From assembly GCA_963726195.1 (NCBI GenBank), contig CAVSBO010000003.1, positions 480,001 to 544,000 on the forward strand: a stretch of 64,000 nt of DNA, written 5' to 3'. The notes under the pieces are model-generated. The model worked only from the letters and a program-made list of their open reading frames with translations, searched no databases and was not told the DNA's origin. Below, in pieces: positions 33,838 to 44,402 of this stretch. The translations under genes were made by a program, and so were the position numbers. This stretch comes from Candidatus Thorarchaeota archaeon. GTDB lineage: Archaea; Asgardarchaeota; Thorarchaeia; Thorarchaeales; Thorarchaeaceae. Each line of letters starts with the position of its first letter. Within the stretch, counting starts at the first letter, position 1.

Positions 33838-35223
33838 TTAGGCCTTCCTTACCTTTCTATCAAGAGTGGCAAGCTTCCGTGAATCTCCTGCTTCTCGGAA
33901 TTTCTCAGCCGCTTCCTTGTACTTAACCAGAGATTCTCTCGACTGTCCACTTTTCGCAAGTGAGTCGGCCTCTGTCTCCAGCTCCCGTCCCCATGCGGCG
34001 TAAGACTCACGTACTCTCTCGGCGCACCTAGCCCTCTTCTTAGCATCCGTCGAAAACATGTAGAACTCTCGAGCCTTCTTGAACTGGACGATAGCCCATT
34101 CGAACTCACCTGACTTCAGATGGCGTTCACCTTGTATGCAATGAGATTCTGCGAGAGAATCGTAGCCATCATCAGCTCGTCTGGTGCTCTCTTCAACCAT
34201 CTTGCCGTTTCCTGCTTTTTCAAACAGCCTCTTTGCCATCTCGAAAGATTCAATCGCACTCTCGTGTTCATTGTCCTTCAGCTTCGCCATGCCAAACTCA
34301 AGTCTAGCCCTGCCCATCGCATCATAGACATACGGCGGATACTCGAACTCGTCTTGAGTAATGACCGCACCACACTTGGGGCACGAAGGCGTCTCCAGCT
34401 CGGGCATTGAGATCGTAGTTCCAATCTTGGTCGGTTTGCCAACAACCGCGTCGATGAAATCGCGGCTCGTGACTCCCCGGCCTTCTGGGAACAGGTGCGC
34501 GACCGCAGCCTTCGTAGAGACTGTGCTCATTTCTGCTTCTGGATGGTGACGCGCTTCCTCATCACTGACCTCCGGTGCCTCAGATACAACCTTCGGCGGC
34601 GCCACCTCTTGAAACGGATTGCCTTCCTTGACATCGCTGCTTTCAATCTCTTTTGTGACAGGATACTCCCACGTAAGGGTCGTATCCTCTTGAGAGTGGG
34701 GAATCCGTTTTTCTTCCTGCCGCGCTGCTGGCGCTGGAGCAGCGGCTACGGGGGTTGCCTTCTTTCCAGTCGCGACCTGGGCTCCAGAGTCTGGCACTTG
34801 GGCGTCGTCTGAATCCCAATCAGACAGTAGGTTCTCGAACTCCTCGTCATTTGTCAGCTGGTCTGAATCGGCACCAGCAGGGAGTTCTCCAAGGTCCGAT
34901 TCTTCTAATGCCGGGAGAGTAGCTGAATCCTGTTTGCTGGACGATGCGCTCTGTGCCGTTGCCGTCTCCTTGGCCTCGTCCAACATTCCCAGCATCCTGT
35001 CCTCGAGGTTCGACAATGATGTGGGTTTCGTCTCTCCTTTCGAAGTCTGGACCATCTTCGACCTGGTGGTCTCTGTATCCAAGCCGTCCAGGTCTCCTGA
35101 AAGCTTCTGACCGCAACTATAGCAATGCGTAGAACCTTTCCCAAGTTTAGCCCCGCAGCTTGGACACACTACTTGGTCCTGCATCAAGATTCCTCGTCGC
35201 ATGGTCAGTTTGAGCTCTGGCAA
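33838..35223 (-). CDS. Zinc-ribbon + acidic disordered linker + TPR/alpha-solenoid protein
   Basis: N-terminal CPSCG...CYSCG, long D/E/P-rich region, CPKCG, then repeated A...F..A helical units. Confidence 0.75.
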   Translation of the reverse strand: MPELKLTMRRGILMQDQVVCPSCGAKLGKGSTHCYSCGQKLSGDLDGLDTETTRSKMVQTSKGETKPTSLSNLEDRMLGMLDEAKETATAQSASSSKQDSATLPALEESDLGELPAGADSDQLTNDEEFENLLSDWDSDDAQVPDSGAQVATGKKATPVAAAPAPAARQEEKRIPHSQEDTTLTWEYPVTKEIESSDVKEGNPFQEVAPPKVVSEAPEVSDEEARHHPEAEMSTVSTKAAVAHLFPEGRGVTSRDFIDAVVGKPTKIGTTISMPELETPSCPKCGAVITQDEFEYPPYVYDAMGRARLEFGMAKLKDNEHESAIESFEMAKRLFEKAGNGKMVEESTRRADDGYDSLAESHCIQGERHLKSGEFEWAIVQFKKAREFYMFSTDAKKRARCAERVRESYAAWGRELETEADSLAKSGQSRESLVKYKEAAEKFREAGDSRKLATLDRKVRKA

Positions 35224-35338
35224 TCACTCCTTTGAAAGGAAGATTGCCAGAATTCGCATATGAATGCTCTTCGTATCTGCATATCAAACAACAGTGCACA
35301 CTTTCATTATGTCGTGATAGACGGAGCCTTGCCACGAC

Positions 35339-35923
35339 CTAGATGCGGTACATCATCCAATATACAGCCAACGTAACTGCGATGCCAATCAGTATGCCAC
35401 CTACCAACTGAGCAAGTGTGTGTTGCCTGAGGATTCTTCTGGCCCACACCACAGCAATCCATAGGATCACGACAGGAAGAGCCGCCATTCCATAAACACA
35501 CATGAGAGCCGTCCCGGGTCCAGCGACTCCTGCAGCATGCACCGATACCTTCGTCCTGAGAGTCGCAGTCATTACGCCGAGGGTAACGCCAAAATAAGCT
35601 GCAGCAAGAACCCTCATGATATCGCACTGGAACAACCAATAGATCTCATACGCAGCAACATAACACAGCAAGGAGAACGCGAAGAATCCAAGTCTCATTT
35701 CCCGAGCAGAAACATCAAGGTCCACCTTTCCCCTGTAAGCCTGAATGACGATGGGCAGGACTGGTGCCGCCACCATCAGAGTAAGGCAGATCATTACGCT
35801 TTCAAGGGGACTAAGAAGCGGACCAAGAGTGATGGGCGGGAAGAATGACATGATTATGCCCACGTAGAGATTGATGAATGGAGCAGGGGTCACTCTTGAT
35901 ATGGCGCGGGCTGCTGAGAACAC
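35339..35923 (-). CDS. PAP2-superfamily-like membrane protein
   Basis: Multi-TM with K.S.H and W.R.....HT..Q...G motifs. Confidence 0.7.
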   Translation of the reverse strand: MFSAARAISRVTPAPFINLYVGIIMSFFPPITLGPLLSPLESVMICLTLMVAAPVLPIVIQAYRGKVDLDVSAREMRLGFFAFSLLCYVAAYEIYWLFQCDIMRVLAAAYFGVTLGVMTATLRTKVSVHAAGVAGPGTALMCVYGMAALPVVILWIAVVWARRILRQHTLAQLVGGILIGIAVTLAVYWMMYRI

Positions 35924-36190
35924 GTCGACCCTGAAGTCCTAGTAGCTCGTCGTGGTACCTCAACGTATTTCACCAGACACGACTGCTCTGCGCATTCCTT
36001 CGCGCTTCAATCTTTCCTCAAGGGAGAAGGAATCAGGAGTATTGACTAGGTCTCGATGATGCGCTACCAAGCCAACTCAACTGGCTCTGCTTGTGGATAT
36101 GTGACAAGAAACCTTTTTTTCCTCGAGTTCCCACCCTCGCTGACAAGGAGAAGGCATAAGCTCCTCACGGATGTGCAAATGATGCCCGCA

Positions 36191-36490
36191 ATGCCCAAGC
36201 GTGAAATTTTCGAGAGGATTATCCAGAACATCACCTCTAAGTTCCCGGATGTGTACGCGGCACTCTTCATCAGCCCGGAGGGCTTCACAATTAACACTTG
36301 GGGACTGACTGCGGAACGCTCAGAGGAGGTCTCTGCACTCTTGGGGGCCCTAATTGGGAAGACCAAGGAATTCATCGGGCAGATGTTCAAGGAAGGGCAG
36401 CTTCAATTCATTCAAGTCCAGACATCCTTAGGCGGCGTTCGAATCGCGCCCCAAGAGGAATTCATTCTTGTGACTCTGACCCACACGTAG
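36191..36490 (+). CDS. Roadblock/LC7 domain protein
   Basis: ~100 aa; helix-V.AA.FISPEG..I-helix(SAL)-beta pattern typical of Roadblock/MglB. Confidence 0.85.
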   Translation: MPKREIFERIIQNITSKFPDVYAALFISPEGFTINTWGLTAERSEEVSALLGALIGKTKEFIGQMFKEGQLQFIQVQTSLGGVRIAPQEEFILVTLTHT

Positions 36491-36567
36491 GCTTCAATCT
36501 GACCTGGTCGCCGCGTGAAGGCGATGGTTAATATGGAAGTCCGCGTCTGTTCGTTTGAGGTCCGGGT

Positions 36568-37497
36568 TTGAGTTCCGAAGCTTTTAGCACTCAATCGTTG
36601 ACCAAGCTTTACGGTCAAACACTTGCCCTCGAGGAAATCAGTGTCCGTGCACCGAAGAAAGCAGTTGGCCTCCTAGGGCCGAATGGCGCAGGAAAGACGA
36701 CTCTGATTCGAATCCTGATGGGCGTCATCCGATTCAATTCAGGCTCCGTGACCGTGCTCGACAAAACGATGCCCGCTTCACTGAACGACATAAGAGACCA
36801 TGTAGGCTACTCGCCAGAGTTCTCACCAATGATTCCTGATATTTCTGCACAGAAGTATGTGACATTCATGGCCAGACTCTCGGGAATGAGTGCAGTTGAA
36901 GCCGCTCAGAGAGCTCACGACACACTACACTACGTTGGGCTAGGCGAAGAGAGGTACAGACATCTTAGCGAGTTCAGCACGGGCATGATGCAGAAATGCA
37001 AGCTGGCAACCGCTCTTGTCCATGATCCGGAGCTCCTAATACTGGATGAGCCGACAGATGGACTCGATCCTGCGGGACGGCATCAAATGCTCGAGCTCAT
37101 TGAGAAACTGTACGTCGAGGAGAAGAAGAGCATAGTCCTGTCATCGCACCTTCTATTTGATGTTCAGCGGGTCTGTGACTGGGTAGTTATACTCGGAAGG
37201 GGTCGCGTTATCGCCAATGGTGATGTCTCAGAGATGCTTACAGATAGCTCAGGGGTACTTAGACTCAAGATTGCCGGAAACCCGGAACTGCTGGTTTCCA
37301 GGCTGAGGTCAAATGGCATGGATGCAACGAGTGACGGGCAATACGTGGACGTCCAGCGAACTGAAAACGTTGAGATCAAGGTCTTGGAACAAATCCAAAA
37401 GGAGCGCTCATTAGGTCTTCGCTATCTTGGACCCAAGACCAGGACACTAGAGGATGTGTTCCTATCACTTGTAGAGGGGAGGAGTGATATGGAATGA
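36568..37497 (+). CDS. ABC transporter ATP-binding protein
   Basis: GPNGAGKT, FSTGM, LILDEPT, SSH. Confidence 0.95.
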   Translation: MSSEAFSTQSLTKLYGQTLALEEISVRAPKKAVGLLGPNGAGKTTLIRILMGVIRFNSGSVTVLDKTMPASLNDIRDHVGYSPEFSPMIPDISAQKYVTFMARLSGMSAVEAAQRAHDTLHYVGLGEERYRHLSEFSTGMMQKCKLATALVHDPELLILDEPTDGLDPAGRHQMLELIEKLYVEEKKSIVLSSHLLFDVQRVCDWVVILGRGRVIANGDVSEMLTDSSGVLRLKIAGNPELLVSRLRSNGMDATSDGQYVDVQRTENVEIKVLEQIQKERSLGLRYLGPKTRTLEDVFLSLVEGRSDME

Positions 37498-38475
37498 GCA
37501 CAGAAGGCACCGACGAAACTTATGTTAGGAAATTCGGGTTCCGGCCGTTCACTGGTACAAGACTGGGCAGGCTTTACAGAATCATGTCCGTGGCATGGTT
37601 CAACCTCATTGAGACCATTCGTCGGTCAGGATTCACCAAATTCCTGTTGGTCATAATGATTATCAACCTCCTCATGCAGGATGTCGTAATCATAGTTCTG
37701 GTCAAATTCGTTCCGCTTGGATTTCTCGGAGTCACAGTAAACGACCTCTTTCGGGGAACATATATTGATTCGGTATTGGGAATGGTTGCAATCTCTAACC
37801 GGGTAACTACCTTGAACGTGACCTTCATCTCGTCTCTTGGGATAACCTCCGTGGGAACTAGCTTCCTTTGGCTTCTCCTTCTATCCATGGTAGGTGGAGG
37901 CCTGATTGCTGATGACAAGTCTATATCGAACCACAGAGACCTATTTCTCAAGGATAACACGTCTTGAATATGTTCTTGGGAAACTTCTCAGCTTGGTACT
38001 GTTCTCAGCCTTCCTTCTGACATTTCCGGCGATTATTCAATACGTTCTCTTGTGCATGGGCCTAAGCGTTGGCTTTCTGGATAACATAGGACTCCTATTC
38101 TGGGCAATGGGCTTCACACTGTTGGCGGCACTTGCATTGAGCATGGTTATCCTTTCACTGTCCAGCCTCACTAAGAGAAGAAGCCTTGCTTCTCTGACTC
38201 TCTTCATATTCGCCGTAATGATGTCGAGCCTTCCTACAGCGTTTGGACTTTGGTATTTGAGCGAGCCAGTCACGCTTCTAGTCGACTTTGTGGGCTGCAT
38301 AGCCCTGTTTGGTGCCATCATGTTAGGCTATAGCTCTGTCTTGGTCAATGGGTCCCAAGTCTTCTTCTACAACGGCATCGGACTTGAAGCCTCCATGATT
38401 CTCTCCGTCGTTGCACTTATCTTTGTCTTTGGACTGGTTACCCTATTCATGACAATTCTAAGAGGTGACAGGTGA
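37494..38475 (+). CDS. ABC-2 type permease, frameshift near 37915
   Basis: Multi-TM; GLIADD...ETYFSR...EYVLGK motif split across ORFs 37494-37967 and 37906-38475. Confidence 0.82.
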
Positions 38476-39419
38476 TGCCCGCAATCCATCTTGAAGAGGT
38501 TTCCAAACGCTATGGTGAGGTAGTTGCTCTGAGTAGGTTCCATATGGCGGCACATGAGAATTCAATCACTGGGTTCGTCGGTCCAAACGGTGCCGGCAAG
38601 TCAACCACGTTGAGAATCATCACAGGGCTAACACGTCCCGACAGTGGGACAGCAACAGTTTTTGGCGAGAACCCATATGATAACGTGTCTGTCAAGAGTC
38701 GACTAGGATTCGTTTCGGAACACGATGACCTCTATTCGTGGGCAAGCGTCCGCTCGTCTGTGAAACAACTTGCTCGAATCAATCTTCCCTGGCCTTCGAA
38801 CATCGATTCTGCTGTCGACAAGGCAATCGAGGACGCGGGCATGACCAAGTTTTCCAAAAGGAAGATTTCCACTCTCTCCAAGGGAATGAAACAGAGGACG
38901 AAGATTGCTGCCGCCCTCGCCCACAGACCCGACCTCCTTGTTTTGGACGAGCCTCTGAGCGGCCTCGATCCATTAGGGCGCAGACATATCATCGACCTTC
39001 TAAGAAGTCTCAACAAGAATCAAGGTGTCACGATACTGATTTCGAGTCACATACTTGAGGAACTGGAACAAATCGCTGATAGGGTAACCCTCATTCATCG
39101 TGGACAGACTGTCGCAGAAGGCGACCCTGAAGGAATCAGAAGACTTCTCTATCAGTTTCCGCATGAAGTCATGTTTCAGTCAAGACCGGAAGACGCGAAA
39201 GCATTGGCCAGCGGTCTCGTCGAGCTCCAGGAGATTGTCCGAACAATCAGCTTTGCTCAGACAGACAACGGTCTAACAGAATGTAGAGTTGTGACACCCA
39301 AGCCAGAGCAATTCTGCGATGAGCTTGTCAGAATCGCAGTTGAGAAACACGCCCCTGTTTTGCACCTCGATACGCTATCAGAGAGCATCGAGAAGCTTTT
39401 CGAGTACCTAATTTCGTGA
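38472..39419 (+). CDS. ABC transporter ATP-binding protein
   Basis: GPNGAGKS, LSKGM, LVLDEP, SSH. Confidence 0.95.
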   Translation: MMPAIHLEEVSKRYGEVVALSRFHMAAHENSITGFVGPNGAGKSTTLRIITGLTRPDSGTATVFGENPYDNVSVKSRLGFVSEHDDLYSWASVRSSVKQLARINLPWPSNIDSAVDKAIEDAGMTKFSKRKISTLSKGMKQRTKIAAALAHRPDLLVLDEPLSGLDPLGRRHIIDLLRSLNKNQGVTILISSHILEELEQIADRVTLIHRGQTVAEGDPEGIRRLLYQFPHEVMFQSRPEDAKALASGLVELQEIVRTISFAQTDNGLTECRVVTPKPEQFCDELVRIAVEKHAPVLHLDTLSESIEKLFEYLIS

Positions 39420-40234
39420 GATGGTCAGCCATGGAGAGACAAATCCCATCGTCTGGAACTGCAGAGAAGACTGAAACCGCGAACCCGGTTATAGGAGTCA
39501 TTGAAAGAGGGCTTGCCCTCCTCACTTTATTTGTCACTGGTTTTCTAAAGGATAGAAAGGGCCAGCTCCTTGTCTTCTTGGGCCTATTGCCAGTGGTCCT
39601 TGTCGTTGTCACAAATGTCGTGCCGAGCCTGTCCTACCCAGCGGGACTGCTGTACTTAGACATTATCCGCCTCGTGTACGCAACCTTGTTGGTACCGTTG
39701 TTTGGGCTATTGCTTGGCACTGCGGCGGTGAACGAGGAAATAGAATCGCATACCATCATGCAGTTAGTTTCTAGGCCTGTGAGGCGCGTCGAAATAGTGT
39801 TCTGGCGGTATATATCCACAATAGTCGCAAGCGCCTTCGCCGCGTTTCTTGCCACTGGTGTTATGTACATCTGGTTCGATATTGTCGCAGGTATCGATAT
39901 CGGGCTACTGGTGGGTTCGTGGACTTTCTTGACCGTCTGCAGTTCTGTTTACTGTGGAATTTTCATGTTGCTCGGCATCGCATTAGCAAAGCCATTGTTC
40001 TGGGGAGTGCTGGTGGTACTCTATGAAGAGCTCCTAGGCGCAATCTTCTCATTCATCGGCGGTCTCCCGTACTCTCTCTCTGCTCACATGAGCAACATGG
40101 GAAACATCTTCCTCCCGTTCAACTATCATATTTCTGGCTGGGACCCGGCATCATCGGTTGTCGTCCTAGTTGTCATTCTTGTAGGATCCCTCGTGATAGC
40201 GGCATTCCTGTTTCACCGTAAGGACCTATCATAA
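39416..40234 (+). CDS. ABC-2 type permease
   Basis: EEIESHT...SRPV.R.EI motif, 6 TM. Confidence 0.88.
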   Translation: MRWSAMERQIPSSGTAEKTETANPVIGVIERGLALLTLFVTGFLKDRKGQLLVFLGLLPVVLVVVTNVVPSLSYPAGLLYLDIIRLVYATLLVPLFGLLLGTAAVNEEIESHTIMQLVSRPVRRVEIVFWRYISTIVASAFAAFLATGVMYIWFDIVAGIDIGLLVGSWTFLTVCSSVYCGIFMLLGIALAKPLFWGVLVVLYEELLGAIFSFIGGLPYSLSAHMSNMGNIFLPFNYHISGWDPASSVVVLVVILVGSLVIAAFLFHRKDLS

Positions 40235-40471
40235 ACGAAGCTCATCGCGATGTACAGAGAGAGGAACCAGATTTCGTGGCAAGTCAATATAAGCCAGCGA
40301 TCTCGTACGGTCGACAAATTCTGGAGCACAATCAAACAAGATTGACAATTGGTTGACCGGAGCGCACCGTGTCTTAGTGCTGTTTTTATATCGGTCAGAG
40401 CGACAGAATCATAACCATATCCTTGATTTACTCGCGCGAGGATACCCAAGCACCTGAGGGAGGCAATCAAA

Positions 40472-41521
40472 ATCCCAAAAGATAAGGACTCTGAAGATAA
40501 CGCGGACGCAGACTACGAGCAATTCGAAGGCGAAGCTCCAACAAAGGAAGCTGTCGGGCAACCAGACAGCGGGGCAAGCGTCACTGGTCTCGACATGACT
40601 GACCTTCCGGGTGTCGGCCCGGCCATTGCTAAACGCCTCTTGGAAGCGGGCTACAGAAGCGTCGAGGCCATTGCAGTAGCATCTCCTCCCGAACTCGCCG
40701 CAGCAGGCTCGATAGGCGAAACCACCGCGACAAAGATAATCAAGGCGGCAAGAGAGATGCTGGACATCGGGTTCGAGACCGCCGACTTGTGTCTAGAACG
40801 CCGAAAAAACGCAGGCCGAATCACAACCGGGTCAAAAGCACTTGACGACTTGCTGGGTGGAGGTATAGAGACCCAAGGCATCACTGAAATGTATGGCTCG
40901 TTTCGATCCGGAAAGACACAGATTGCTCACCAGCTCTCGGTGAACATTCAGCTTCCCCCCGACAAGGGAGGGTTGGGTGGAACTGCAATCTACATTGACA
41001 CAGAAGGTACATTCAGACCTGAACGTCTTGTCGACATGGCAGAAGCTCTGGGCCTAAACATAGAAACAGTCCTGAAGAATGTGGTATGGGCACGGGCTTA
41101 CAACTCCGACCATCAGATACTGCTATGTGATCAAGCCATGGAAATGGCTCAGGAAAAAAACGCAAAGCTCCTGGTGTTGGATTCAGTAACGAGCCACTTC
41201 AGGGCAGAGTATACGGGAAGAGGTACCCTCGCCCCGAGACAGCAGAAACTGAACAAGCATCTCCACCATCTGCAGAGAGGTGCGGAAATCAACAATATGG
41301 CAGTGTACATCACGAATCAGGTGATGTCGCGTCCAGATGCATTCTTTGGGGACCCGACCGCGCCCGTCGGTGGTCACGTCTTGGCACATGTCCCGCAAGT
41401 GCGCTGTTACATACGGAAGTCTAAGGGTGAACGAAGAATCTCCCGCCTAGTTGACTCGCCAAACCTGCCCGAAGGCGAAGCTGTCTTCACTGTTGTGAAA
41501 GATGGCATCAGAAACGTCTAG
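40472..41521 (+). CDS. radA: DNA repair and recombination protein RadA
   Basis: N-terminal Hh[44 protein letters not shown]; frame is open 41 codons upstream of ATG 40595, back to an ATC following GAGGGAGG. Confidence 0.97.
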   Translation: MPKDKDSEDNADADYEQFEGEAPTKEAVGQPDSGASVTGLDMTDLPGVGPAIAKRLLEAGYRSVEAIAVASPPELAAAGSIGETTATKIIKAAREMLDIGFETADLCLERRKNAGRITTGSKALDDLLGGGIETQGITEMYGSFRSGKTQIAHQLSVNIQLPPDKGGLGGTAIYIDTEGTFRPERLVDMAEALGLNIETVLKNVVWARAYNSDHQILLCDQAMEMAQEKNAKLLVLDSVTSHFRAEYTGRGTLAPRQQKLNKHLHHLQRGAEINNMAVYITNQVMSRPDAFFGDPTAPVGGHVLAHVPQVRCYIRKSKGERRISRLVDSPNLPEGEAVFTVVKDGIRNV

Positions 41522-41571
41522 CCCATCGTGAACTCGCCGCCGCTACCAGTGTATCACCACGCTGATTCCGT

Positions 41572-42927
41572 TCAGCTGAAGTGAGCATCATCCAGAATCG
41601 CCGCCACCTCGCGGCACCAGGTGTCGAATAACTCAGGTCGTGCTGGATATTCGGCATATGCCTTGCTCACTTTCTTCATGATGCTCGCTGCCCTCTGAAG
41701 TTTAACCAGGAGACCGGGCCGCCCGGCAGACCTTTTGACTCTCCGCAGCTTGTCGACCAAGCCAATCGATAGGCCATCGCCCCGGTTCGCGCGCATGAGA
41801 TCCTCTGGCTCAAGCACGCGTCTCTCAAAGCCGAAATCGATCTCCTCGTCGCTGACATCCTGAAGGAATCTGCGAAAGATCTCAAGAGAAGCAAGACGCC
41901 TTCCAAAGTCTGATAGATACGTCGTATTATATTGCCAAAGTCCTCTTGCTGATGTGTCCTCTCTCGCTATGGCCTGCTTGGCAATTTCACCAAGAATCAC
42001 TCCTGCACGCATGCCTGCTCCAATTCCTCCTCCATGAATAGGATTCACTTGAAGAGCTGAATCCCCAACAAAGGCAATTCCGTCGGCCACCAAGCTCATC
42101 AGTGGACGCCTTACTGGCACTGCGCCACCTGCGCTCTCGATGATGTCGCTGCCATGAAAAACCTCGACACGCTCTTTGAAGCTCGACAGATAGGACTTGG
42201 GAGACGCCTTACCTTCACCGCCGGTTACTCCGACTCCCACATTTGCTTCCTGCGGTCCCCTTGGAAACAACCAAGCATAACCCGACGGCGCGACTCTTCT
42301 TCCTAAGAATACTCGGGCAATGTTTGCCTCGGGAAGGGGCTCTTTAAGGTGCAGAATCTCCCGGTGACAGAGGGCAATATCACCTTTGGCAACTCGCTTT
42401 TCAACCAGCGGATGGTCGAGCTTGGCCCTGATCACTCCAGCTAGGCCTGATGCATCAACTACAAGCTTGGCTTGAACTGTCTCAGTCTCACCTGCTTCTC
42501 CGCTCTTGTACACCACGCCGACAACTTGATCGTCCTTGGTCATCGGACCGGTCACGTGACACTCGGGGAGAAAAGTCACTCCAGCCTGAATCGCTTCATT
42601 CAGCAGACGTTGGCCGAAGTTCAGCCGATGCAGTATCCAGCCGTCAAATTCCTTCCAACCTCTGACCTTCATTTCGTTCACTATGCCAGGAGGATAGATA
42701 TCGGCACCGTCGATGGTATTCAGAATCTCCGCATCTTGCGGATAGTCAATCCCTGTGGCGTCGAAGTGCGACCTGCTTACCTCATCTCCGCAAACCTTCT
42801 GCCCGACAAGCTCTCTTGGCTTTCTATCAATCATCAGTGTCTTGAGGCCCAGCTCTGCACATCTGCGAGCGGCTGCACAACCCGCAGACCCCGCACCGAC
42901 TACTACTACATCCACGGTCGTGTTCAT
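41572..42927 (-). CDS. Geranylgeranyl reductase family (digeranylgeranylglycerophospholipid reductase-like)
   Basis: VGAGSAG, KVCG, PSGYAWLFP, GDSA..VNPIHGGGI. Confidence 0.9.
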   Translation of the reverse strand: MNTTVDVVVVGAGSAGCAAARRCAELGLKTLMIDRKPRELVGQKVCGDEVSRSHFDATGIDYPQDAEILNTIDGADIYPPGIVNEMKVRGWKEFDGWILHRLNFGQRLLNEAIQAGVTFLPECHVTGPMTKDDQVVGVVYKSGEAGETETVQAKLVVDASGLAGVIRAKLDHPLVEKRVAKGDIALCHREILHLKEPLPEANIARVFLGRRVAPSGYAWLFPRGPQEANVGVGVTGGEGKASPKSYLSSFKERVEVFHGSDIIESAGGAVPVRRPLMSLVADGIAFVGDSALQVNPIHGGGIGAGMRAGVILGEIAKQAIAREDTSARGLWQYNTTYLSDFGRRLASLEIFRRFLQDVSDEEIDFGFERRVLEPEDLMRANRGDGLSIGLVDKLRRVKRSAGRPGLLVKLQRAASIMKKVSKAYAEYPARPELFDTWCREVAAILDDAHFS

Positions 42928-43051
42928 CGCAGAACGACGGAACGTACCAACGATATAAACTCCGACCTAAGCACATCTTTTGCTCCTGTTCCAACATACT
43001 CTCACGCTAGAACTACTCTAATGATGGGTACTCTAGTCTAGTGTTGGTCAG

Positions 43052-44227
43052 CTAAACGTGCTTGAACTCCACGACCACGACTGACACCATTGTGATAATG
43101 ACAATAAGGGCAATGACTGGGGGCATCCAGTTGAGGAAGACTGCGAAGTAATGCAGTATCGTGTGGGGGTCGAAGGCGATCACCAGCAAGTCTCCGTAGA
43201 TGAATAGGAAACCGTAGACCGCGAATATTGGATACAGGATAGGTCCTCCAGTAATCACGAGCAACAAGACAATCACTGCAAGCTTGCTCTTCGTTGGATC
43301 CAAGATCCTGAGAGGAATAAGCTCCTCGTCGCTGAAACGAAAATAGTAGCTCACCAAGAACGAAGGTGCCATGAATCTGATGAGCTCAAGGACTTGAATT
43401 CCGAGCTGAAGAGAAAGCAGCATGAATGTATGAACCAGCATGTACATGAGAAGGATGCTGTTCAGCAGCGGCTGTGACTCATTGTACACGCTAATGGCCT
43501 CGATGAGACCAATCAACACACAGAAATTCGTGAAGAACAGACCAACGTGACCAATAGCGCCTTTGATGTACTGAATATGCCTAGACATTGCTTTCACCAC
43601 TGACGCCCGCCAAGGAGCTGAGATTGTCTTGGACGGTCTCGTGGTATGTATACCTGACTGTACAGAATCGATTGCGGCAACCGGTCCAAGCTCGCGTTGT
43701 TTTTCCATGGCGCGCAATACCAATTCTGTGAACATCCTGTTGATGTTCTCGCCGGTCCTGACTGACGTCTCATAGTGCAGGACATCGAGCCATCTTTTAA
43801 CCATTAGCCCGGCTTCAGGCGGCACAAGGCGATCTGGCCTGTCGACCTTGTTCGCTACGACAGCAACTACGGCATTGGGACAAACCGTTATGAACTTAGT
43901 AAACCATTCACCAACATCTAGGAACGTCTGCGGCCTAGTTACATCATAGACAATAACTGCCATCGACGAGCCAGCCATGTACCTGCGCCTCAACTCATTG
44001 TAGGTGGGTTGACCGGCCAAGTCCCATAACACGATTCTTGCACTAATCTTGGACCCGTTGGGACCTTGGACCTCGACGGTCTTCAGGGCAAAAGTGGTAC
44101 CAATGGTTGCTATGTAGCGTTCATTGAAACTGTCCTCTGTGTATCTCTTGATACAGCTTGTTTTCCCCACGGCGCCGTCACCCAAGGCAACCAGCTTGAA
44201 CATGTGGGAAACCGGCTCAGAAGACAA
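43052..44227 (-). CDS. Rab-like small GTPase read in frame into a multi-TM membrane domain (possibly two genes; second ATG at 43588)
   Basis: G1 GDGAVGKT, G2 TIG, G3 WDLAGQ, G4 NKVD, G5 ETSV; then a ~40-aa linker and ~178 hydrophobic residues. Confidence 0.88.
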   Translation of the reverse strand: MSSEPVSHMFKLVALGDGAVGKTSCIKRYTEDSFNERYIATIGTTFALKTVEVQGPNGSKISARIVLWDLAGQPTYNELRRRYMAGSSMAVIVYDVTRPQTFLDVGEWFTKFITVCPNAVVAVVANKVDRPDRLVPPEAGLMVKRWLDVLHYETSVRTGENINRMFTELVLRAMEKQRELGPVAAIDSVQSGIHTTRPSKTISAPWRASVVKAMSRHIQYIKGAIGHVGLFFTNFCVLIGLIEAISVYNESQPLLNSILLMYMLVHTFMLLSLQLGIQVLELIRFMAPSFLVSYYFRFSDEELIPLRILDPTKSKLAVIVLLLVITGGPILYPIFAVYGFLFIYGDLLVIAFDPHTILHYFAVFLNWMPPVIALIVIITMVSVVVVEFKHV

Positions 44228-44402
44228 GTTTGATACTTCCTATAGAATATGCTGAACAATAACACGTACGGCTGAAGGCCATTTAACGATTCTAGAAAAA
44301 CCATATTGGTATATCTGGGAGATATGCCAACAACTGTCGGACAAATCCTTTTCTTGAGGATATTGCCCTCTAAGGACCGTTCAGGTGCAGTGATGAGCGC
44401 AT

